From Pseudomonadota bacterium (GTDB lineage: Bacteria; Pseudomonadota; Gammaproteobacteria; JBCCGL01), in assembly GCA_039029275.1 (NCBI GenBank), contig JBCCGL010000007.1:213428-277427 (forward strand): a stretch of 64,000 nt of DNA, in the 5' to 3' direction. Shown piece by piece: positions 57,948 to 64,000 of this stretch (positions within the stretch are counted from its first letter, which is position 1; every line of letters starts with the position of its first letter). Position numbers and translations under genes: made by a program. Below the pieces are notes generated by a model. The model worked only from the letters and a program-made list of their open reading frames with translations, had not been told where the DNA came from and searched no databases.

Positions 57948-59306
57948 ATGCTACTAGCAAGCCATTACCCCAGCGACAACCCAGAATGGGTCTCTGAGAT
58001 CCATGCAAACCTGTATTTGCAGAGCTGGTCCAAGCAAGGGGCCAGACCGCGTGTTATTACCGGTGGCAAGGGAAGCTGGTTTTGGGACAGTGACGGCAAC
58101 AGGTACCTCGATTTCCAATCACAGCTGGTCAACCTGAACCTGGGTCACCAACACCCAAAAATCGTTCAGGCCATTAAAGATCAGGCCGACAAACTTTGTT
58201 ACATCGGTCCCGCGATGGGGTCTGATGTGCGCAGCGAACTCGCGGCGATGATCGCTGACATCACACCCGCTAACATAACATCAACGTTTTTTACCAGCGG
58301 TGGAGCAGCGGCCAATGAGTCCGCCATTCGCATAGCTCGCCACTTTACCGGTCGTACCAAAGTCATCGCCCGATATCGCAGCTATCACGGCGCAACAGGC
58401 GGATCCTTGAGTTTGACCGGCGACCCGCGACATCACCTCACCCGCGCTGACATGCCGGGGGTCGTGCGAATGTTGGATCCGTATGTTTATCGTTTGCCGT
58501 CCGGTCACACGGACCCCGCGCATTGTCCTATCTGTCAGGGTGCTCCGCATCTGGAAGAAATCCTGATGTACGAAAACCCTGACACCGTCGCTGCGGTTAT
58601 CCTGGAACCTGTCGTGGGTACCAACGGGATCATCGTGCCGCCGGATGGTTACATGCAGTCAATCGCCGAGACCTGCAAAAAGTATGGCATTTTGCTGATA
58701 GCCGACGAAGTTATGGCTGGGTTCGGGCGCACGGGCACGTGGTTTGCTGTCGATCACTGGGGAATTGAACCAGACATCATTACCGCAGCGAAAGGTATCA
58801 ATTCAGGGTACGTGCCGCTCGGCACCATGAGTGTGTCGCGTGAACTCGCAGAATGGCTGCAGGATTACTCCCTACCCGCCGGATTGACGTATGCCGGCCA
58901 TCCATTGGCCTGTGCGTCCGGTATCGCTGCAATACGCGCAATGGAGGAGGAAGACACCCTCGGTAATGCCACTCGTCTCGGTGAGAAAATGCGTGGGCGC
59001 CTGCGCGAAATGGCGAATCATCATCCCTGTATTGGTGACATTCGCGGCCTTGGCATGTTTAACGGTATCGAGTTGGTCAAAGATCGTGACACCCGCGAAC
59101 CGCTCGTCCCATTTGCTGCCAAAGGCGATGCGGCGGCACCGATGAACGTGATCATGAAGGCCGGAATGGAAAACGGTTTGTATTTGTCATGTTTCTCAAA
59201 TGTGATTCGTCTTACTCCCCCTCTAAATATCTCCGAAGAAGATATGTTTATGGGTTTGGATATTCTCGATAAGATACTGGCCATCGGCGACGAAGAGTGC
59301 GCCTAA
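57948..59306 (+). CDS. Class-III omega-aminotransferase (PLP)
   Basis: 452 aa, LLIADEVMAGFGRTG. Confidence 0.9.
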   Translation: MLLASHYPSDNPEWVSEIHANLYLQSWSKQGARPRVITGGKGSWFWDSDGNRYLDFQSQLVNLNLGHQHPKIVQAIKDQADKLCYIGPAMGSDVRSELAAMIADITPANITSTFFTSGGAAANESAIRIARHFTGRTKVIARYRSYHGATGGSLSLTGDPRHHLTRADMPGVVRMLDPYVYRLPSGHTDPAHCPICQGAPHLEEILMYENPDTVAAVILEPVVGTNGIIVPPDGYMQSIAETCKKYGILLIADEVMAGFGRTGTWFAVDHWGIEPDIITAAKGINSGYVPLGTMSVSRELAEWLQDYSLPAGLTYAGHPLACASGIAAIRAMEEEDTLGNATRLGEKMRGRLREMANHHPCIGDIRGLGMFNGIELVKDRDTREPLVPFAAKGDAAAPMNVIMKAGMENGLYLSCFSNVIRLTPPLNISEEDMFMGLDILDKILAIGDEECA

Positions 59307-59340
59307 TCGATAGATATCTGCAAAGAACACGAGCATACCT

Positions 59341-59721
59341 ATGAAAGATGATCTTTTTGAAATTGGCTTACACCAGCGCAAAAGCACCCTGGGCGCTGAA
59401 TACGTCGAAAAAAACCTTGCCGCGGCGGATGATTTCACGCGACCGTTTCAGGAGGCAATGACCGCATGGTGCTGGGGTTTTGGATGGGGTGACGACGCTA
59501 TCGAACCCAAGACTCGATCAATGATGAATTTGACCATGATTGGCGCGCTTGGGAAGATGCATGAGTGGGAAATCCATTGTAAAGGTGCACTTAACAATGG
59601 TGTCAGCAAAGAGGAAATTCGCGCGATCGTGCACGTTATAGGCATTTACTGCGGTGTACCGCAAGCGCTGGAGTGTTTTCGCGTAGCGCGCAAAGTGCTT
59701 GAAGAGGCAGGCGAGATTTGA
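59341..59721 (+). CDS. Carboxymuconolactone decarboxylase (CMD/AhpD-like) family protein
   Basis: 126 aa. Confidence 0.8.
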   Translation: MKDDLFEIGLHQRKSTLGAEYVEKNLAAADDFTRPFQEAMTAWCWGFGWGDDAIEPKTRSMMNLTMIGALGKMHEWEIHCKGALNNGVSKEEIRAIVHVIGIYCGVPQALECFRVARKVLEEAGEI

Positions 59722-60108
59722 CACTCAAGACACTTAAGCGACCCGATCGAGTGTGCAAACAAACATGGTTTTCCGCAGTAAGTTTTTGAGTACACGCAAA
59801 TCAATCGAGGATGTTGTTGCCGAAAACCCCGATGGCAACATCGTCGAGCCAGTTGAAAAGGTGGCAGAACGCAATAGAGCCTCCCATAACATATGCCCGG
59901 CAAAATCAGATGAAACCCGACATACGGGACTTTCAAAAGCCAATAAGCAGGTGCCCACGGAATAGCGACTGTTAATCTATTCATATACTTATGCGAACAA
60001 TTTCAGATGAACTCCGCATAAAAGCAGCGTCACCAGATTAGAGATTTCATCACGCAATTTGAACAAACCAACAGAAACTGATTGCGGAATTTGCACGCGG
60101 TTAAAAAC

Positions 60109-60124
60109 TGGCACCAGTTTTGCG
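60109..60124 (+). promoter_or_regulatory. Sigma-54 (RpoN) promoter TGGCAC-cagtt-TTGCg (-24/-12), embedded in the palindrome AAAACTGGcaCCAGTTTT
   Basis: Exact match to TGGCAC-N5-TTGC. About 78 nt upstream of the 60202 ORF. Confidence 0.5.
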
Positions 60125-60201
60125 AAATTTTCCGCGCGCTAATGAAAATTTTTTGTAATAATACGCCCCCAAAATTTCACCCCAGATAGAGGAAATACTA
60201 G

Positions 60202-60957
60202 TTGGAACCCGACAACATCGAGCTGAAAGTCTGGAAAGATCTCGCCGTAAGTAAACAAATTTTGATGCGCACCGCTTCTGACGCACTTGGCTTGAGCCCC
60301 GACTGCAGCGCTGATGAGCTGAAAGTTGCTCTGGAGGCGGCCATCGCCAAAGGCAACAACGCCGAGAAAACCGTCGAGGCGGCAGACGAGCAATCCAAAG
60401 CGCAAATCGCCGACATCGAACGAAAGCTCAAAATAACCGAAAAGGCGCTCGCCGAAGCACAAGGTAGAAACGATGACGCCGCGCAGGGTCAACGTGACGC
60501 CGAGCACCGCGTCACGGCGGCGCGCGAAGCCAACGCTAAGGAACTTAAAAAGCTCAACGAACAGTTGGCCGAAAAACAGCGCACTATCAAGGCAATTCAC
60601 ACGGCTTTAGCGGATACCCCAGAGAACGTCGTTAAAAAACTGAAGAAATTAAAGAAGGAAAAGCTGGACGAAGCGAATGCCTGCAAACGCGCAGAGAGTG
60701 AAGTCCGTCAACTCAAAAAGGACAAAAAGAAACTCGAAGATGAGGTCGAACAAGGCAAAACAACTGTTGAAAAAAGCAGCCAGTTAGCCGAGCGCTACCG
60801 TGAACTGTATGAATTTTGCGAATCCCAGCGAACACAGCTAGAGTCACTCGCCGGCAAAGATACAAAGATCGACGACCTCCCTGTTCTCGACGAACACTTG
60901 CTCGAAAGCCTGGAAGGCAAGGCTGGCAAGGCTGATCCAAAAGACAAAGCTGCCTGA
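60202..60957 (+). CDS. Lys/Glu/Ala-rich coiled-coil protein, unknown function (TTG start with AGAGGA SD)
   Basis: 251 aa, heptad-like KKLKKLKKEKL. Confidence 0.55.
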   Translation: MEPDNIELKVWKDLAVSKQILMRTASDALGLSPDCSADELKVALEAAIAKGNNAEKTVEAADEQSKAQIADIERKLKITEKALAEAQGRNDDAAQGQRDAEHRVTAAREANAKELKKLNEQLAEKQRTIKAIHTALADTPENVVKKLKKLKKEKLDEANACKRAESEVRQLKKDKKKLEDEVEQGKTTVEKSSQLAERYRELYEFCESQRTQLESLAGKDTKIDDLPVLDEHLLESLEGKAGKADPKDKAA

Positions 60958-61194
60958 TTGACGTAGCGATTAGCTTCCGGCGTTGCTCCTGCGCCGGATT
61001 ATCATCTGGTTGCAAAACCACAACACCCTAATCCACCTGGAACACCTGGCCGGCGGAACTGCAGCCTCAAACAACTTCACTTTCGCACTTTTACACGCTG
61101 AAGCCTTGTGTAGTCGGCATTTGCGGTTGCTTTATTCACCCTAAGTTCCGCAGTACAATAGCGCGTTTTTGTATCCCAACCGGAGCCAGTTTAA

Positions 61195-61623
61195 ATGGCA
61201 ATTGAACAAACCTTTTCTATCGTCAAACCAGACGCCGTTGCCAAGAATGCGATCGGTGAAATCTACAGCCGTTTCGAGAAAGCGGGCTTGAAAATTGTAG
61301 CGTCAAAAATGCTGCACATGACAGTAGAGCAAGCTAAAGCGTTTTACGCCGTTCACAGCGAGCGTCCATTTTACAATGATCTGGTTGCATTTATGACCTC
61401 CGGCCCGGTTATGGTTCAAGTTCTTGAGGGCGAAAACGCCATTGCACGCAATCGCGAAATCATGGGCGCAACAAACCCTGCCGATGCCGACGCCGGAACG
61501 ATTCGCGCAGATTTTGCCAGCAACGTTGAAGAGAATGCCGTGCATGGGTCCGATGCACCGGAAACGGCGAAAGATGAGATCGCTTTCTTCTTCCCGGACG
61601 GAACGGTTCCCCGCACTCGTTGA
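61195..61623 (+). CDS. ndk: Nucleoside diphosphate kinase
   Basis: 142 aa, NAVHGSD active-site His. Confidence 0.97.
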   Translation: MAIEQTFSIVKPDAVAKNAIGEIYSRFEKAGLKIVASKMLHMTVEQAKAFYAVHSERPFYNDLVAFMTSGPVMVQVLEGENAIARNREIMGATNPADADAGTIRADFASNVEENAVHGSDAPETAKDEIAFFFPDGTVPRTR

Positions 61624-61624
61624 T

Positions 61625-62746
61625 ATGCTGGCCGCCGCTACCCAGGCAAAATACAACCTGCTTGATTTCGATCAGGCAGGCCTGCGTGACTTTCTTGTTG
61701 AAAGCGGCGAAAAACCCTTTCGTGCCCAACAATTGATGAAATGGATTTACCATGAGGGAGAATCGGATTTCTCGCACATGAGCAACCTGAGCAAGGCTTT
61801 GCGAGCAACCCTTGAGACGAGCACAGAAATTCGTTTGCCACGCGTCACCCATAGCCACCAATCGCTGGACGGTACATGGAAATGGCTATTCAGATTGGAT
61901 AGTGGTAACAGCATCGAATGCGTGTTTATCCCAGAAGAGCGTCGCGGCACTCTATGTGTCTCATCTCAGGTCGGCTGCGCGCTGGATTGCTCGTTTTGCG
62001 CTACAGCTCGAGAAGGATTTAACCGCAATCTGAGCACTGGAGAAATCGTCGGTCAGTTGATGCTCGCAACCAAGTTATTGCGCGATTCACAGCCTGACGA
62101 CCCACCCAGAATTACTAACGTTGTGTTGATGGGAATGGGTGAGCCACTCGCCAACTTTCAAAATGTTGTCCGGGCGCTTCGGCTGATGATTGATGACTTC
62201 GCTTTCGGTTTGAGCAAGCGTCGGGTAACGATCAGTACTTCAGGTATCGTTCCGGCGATGCACCGCTTATACGATGCAGTCGATGTCGCACTGGCGGTAT
62301 CTCTGCACGCACCCAACGACGCACTTCGCGATAAGCTGGTTCCGATAAATCGAAAATATCCCATTTCTCAGTTAATGGACGCGTGTCGTGCATATATAGA
62401 TGGCGACCGCAAGAAACACGTGACGTTTGAATATGTCATGTTGGATCGTATCAATGATGAACCAGAACACGCATACGAACTGACGAAGCTTGTTCAAGGT
62501 GTCCCTTCGAAAATTAATCTTATCCCGTTTAACCCCTTCCCGCAGTCGGGTTACACGTGTTCGAGTAAAACGCGCATCGACCGTTTTCGTAAAATCTTGT
62601 GTGATGCAGGACTCGTAGCCGTAACACGTAAAACACGCGGCGATGACATCAGCGCCGCATGCGGGCAACTCGCAGGCAAGGTGCAGGATAAAAGTCGACG
62701 GGCCTTGAAATTCAGTGAACTCCGATTTGGAGAAATTGGCAAATGA
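61625..62746 (+). CDS. rlmN: 23S rRNA/tRNA m2A methyltransferase RlmN (radical SAM)
   Basis: [10 protein letters not shown] radical-SAM motif. Start at ATG 61625, 1 nt after the ndk stop. The longer ORF from 61424 overlaps ndk. Confidence 0.93.
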   Translation: MLAAATQAKYNLLDFDQAGLRDFLVESGEKPFRAQQLMKWIYHEGESDFSHMSNLSKALRATLETSTEIRLPRVTHSHQSLDGTWKWLFRLDSGNSIECVFIPEERRGTLCVSSQVGCALDCSFCATAREGFNRNLSTGEIVGQLMLATKLLRDSQPDDPPRITNVVLMGMGEPLANFQNVVRALRLMIDDFAFGLSKRRVTISTSGIVPAMHRLYDAVDVALAVSLHAPNDALRDKLVPINRKYPISQLMDACRAYIDGDRKKHVTFEYVMLDRINDEPEHAYELTKLVQGVPSKINLIPFNPFPQSGYTCSSKTRIDRFRKILCDAGLVAVTRKTRGDDISAACGQLAGKVQDKSRRALKFSELRFGEIGK

Positions 62747-63498
62747 TTGCTCGTTTTGCTTGTCTTTTAGTCGCCATAAGTCTCACTGCGTGCACCACTA
62801 CAACAGTTCGTGTGCAATCTGAATCCAGCAAAAAAGAAGCTGCGGAAATCAACGCGGAACTCGGCTCCCGTTACCTTCGCGCCGGAGAATTAAAAAAAGC
62901 ACGTGACAAACTGCAAAAGGCTCTCGAACAAGACCCCAAAAATGCAGCGGCAAACTTCAACTATGGACTTTTACTGGCGCGTCTCAAGCACGCTGAAGAT
63001 GCAGAACCGTATTTCGCTTCGGCGGTTCAACATGCACCGGATGAAATTCACTACCACGAAGCTTACGGGGTTTACCTGTGCGGGCAGCGCAGAGCCGATG
63101 ATGCGACGGATCAGTTCCTTTTTGCTGCAAAGAATCCATTCAACCAGAGACCAGAGCAGTCATACAACAATGCCGGAAGTTGTCTGCTGAGTTTAGGGCA
63201 ACTCGACGAGGCTGAGCAAAATATTCGCGCCGCATTGCGTCAAAATCCGCAGTTTCCGCCTGCGCTTTTGAATATGGCAGAGGTTTCACTTGAAAATCGA
63301 AAAATCGAAGTCGCTGACGCGTATTTTTCCCGCTACTTGAAATACGGCCAACACAACGCGGATAGCTTGTGGCTTGGTATTCAGATAAAACGATTTCTCG
63401 GTGACAGGCAAACAATTGATGATTACGGCTTGAGACTTAAGAGGGACTTTCCGGAATCCAAGCAAACGCTGGAATACCTCGAATCAAAAGAGCTATGA
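62743..63498 (+). CDS. pilW: Type IV pilus biogenesis/stability TPR lipoprotein PilW (PilF)
   Basis: Lipobox LTAC, TPR repeats, conserved ndk-rlmN-pilW-rodZ order. Confidence 0.85.
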   Translation: MIARFACLLVAISLTACTTTTVRVQSESSKKEAAEINAELGSRYLRAGELKKARDKLQKALEQDPKNAAANFNYGLLLARLKHAEDAEPYFASAVQHAPDEIHYHEAYGVYLCGQRRADDATDQFLFAAKNPFNQRPEQSYNNAGSCLLSLGQLDEAEQNIRAALRQNPQFPPALLNMAEVSLENRKIEVADAYFSRYLKYGQHNADSLWLGIQIKRFLGDRQTIDDYGLRLKRDFPESKQTLEYLESKEL

Positions 63499-64000
63499 CT
63501 GAGAATAACAACGAACAAAATTTTGGCGACCAGCTTGCAAGCGCACGTGAAAAACAAGGATTAACGACCCAAGAGGTTGCCAATCAGCTCAATTTGCAAC
63601 TAAGGACCATCGAGCAAATTGAATCAAGCGAAGTCGATAGCCTACCGCCTCCGTCGTTTACTCGCGGTTATATTCGAAGCTTTGCAAAATTGGTAAAAAT
63701 CGATAGCGAACCGCTCATTGATTTGTACAACGAAGTTTCCCCCGGCGATCCAGAATTGGTTTCAGCCAGTGCCCTCGCGCCCGAGGCGCAAAGCGATCAT
63801 CCGTTGATTCGTTGGACCAGTATCGTAATTGTTGTCATCATTCTTGCGCTACTCGGGTTCTGGATGTTTGGCCCGGAAAACGGGAACGGCGAAACAGTTG
63901 ATTACGATACGATCGAAAACGCTGAGCAAACATCTGAAACGACGGAAAGCAACGATAAAACAGCAGTTGTGGTCAACTCGCAAATCGAGTTGTCGTCCGA
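63495..64000 (+). CDS. rodZ: Cytoskeleton protein RodZ (XRE HTH + TM), 3' partial
   Basis: FGDQLASAREKQGLTTQEVANQL HTH, TM IVIVVIILALLGFWMF. Confidence 0.85.
   Translation, partial: MTENNNEQNFGDQLASAREKQGLTTQEVANQLNLQLRTIEQIESSEVDSLPPPSFTRGYIRSFAKLVKIDSEPLIDLYNEVSPGDPELVSASALAPEAQSDHPLIRWTSIVIVVIILALLGFWMFGPENGNGETVDYDTIENAEQTSETTESNDKTAVVVNSQIELSS

Noticed and set aside
60202-60957. PspA (phage-shock protein A) identity for the sigma-54-driven coiled-coil protein
   Set aside because: The N-terminus and overall sequence do not resemble PspA (no MGIFSRF-type start). No pspBC genes follow

Overview
This window is a gammaproteobacterial chromosomal segment, mostly conserved housekeeping synteny. 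The core blocks are mnmA-hflD, uvrB, ihfA-pheT-pheS-rplT-rpmI-infC-thrS, purB, nudF-kdsB-lpxK-msbA-exbD-exbB-comEC, and ndk-rlmN-pilW-rodZ. Three tRNA genes are present: Asn(GTT) on the plus strand, and Pro(GGG) and Val(GAC) on the minus strand.

Three accessory regions interrupt this backbone.

(i) A ~12 kb block lies between the inward-facing 3' ends of tRNA-Asn and tRNA-Pro. It carries a LysR regulator with an indoleamine-2,3-dioxygenase-like gene and an Ntn amidohydrolase, a fused 1152-aa indolepyruvate:ferredoxin oxidoreductase, an EEP-family nuclease/phosphatase, a PP2C phosphatase fused to a cyclic-nucleotide-binding domain, and an AraC/esterase/MAPEG trio.

(ii) A 13 kb glycan locus runs entirely on the minus strand. 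It has a WbaP-like initiating transferase, a UDP-glucuronate decarboxylase, a CDP-hexose cassette (rfbF, rfbG, class-III aminotransferase, DUF4910 aminopeptidase-like protein, TylC3-type C-methyltransferase), a GT4 plus PIG-L deacetylase pair, and a Wzy/ligase-like protein. No flippase or exporter is present.

(iii) A catabolic cluster pairs a CntA/GbcA-like Rieske oxygenase and an RpiR regulator with a dimethylglycine-dehydrogenase-like enzyme, a class-III aminotransferase and a CMD-family protein.

Also present are a TviB/TviC-like UDP-GalNAcA pair, two tandem receiver-domain proteins (one a REC-GHKL fusion), and a near-consensus sigma-54 promoter upstream of a coiled-coil protein gene. No CRISPR array, integrase or transposase was seen. 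All identifications are by eye from the translated ORFs and sequence motifs, and no database search was run.
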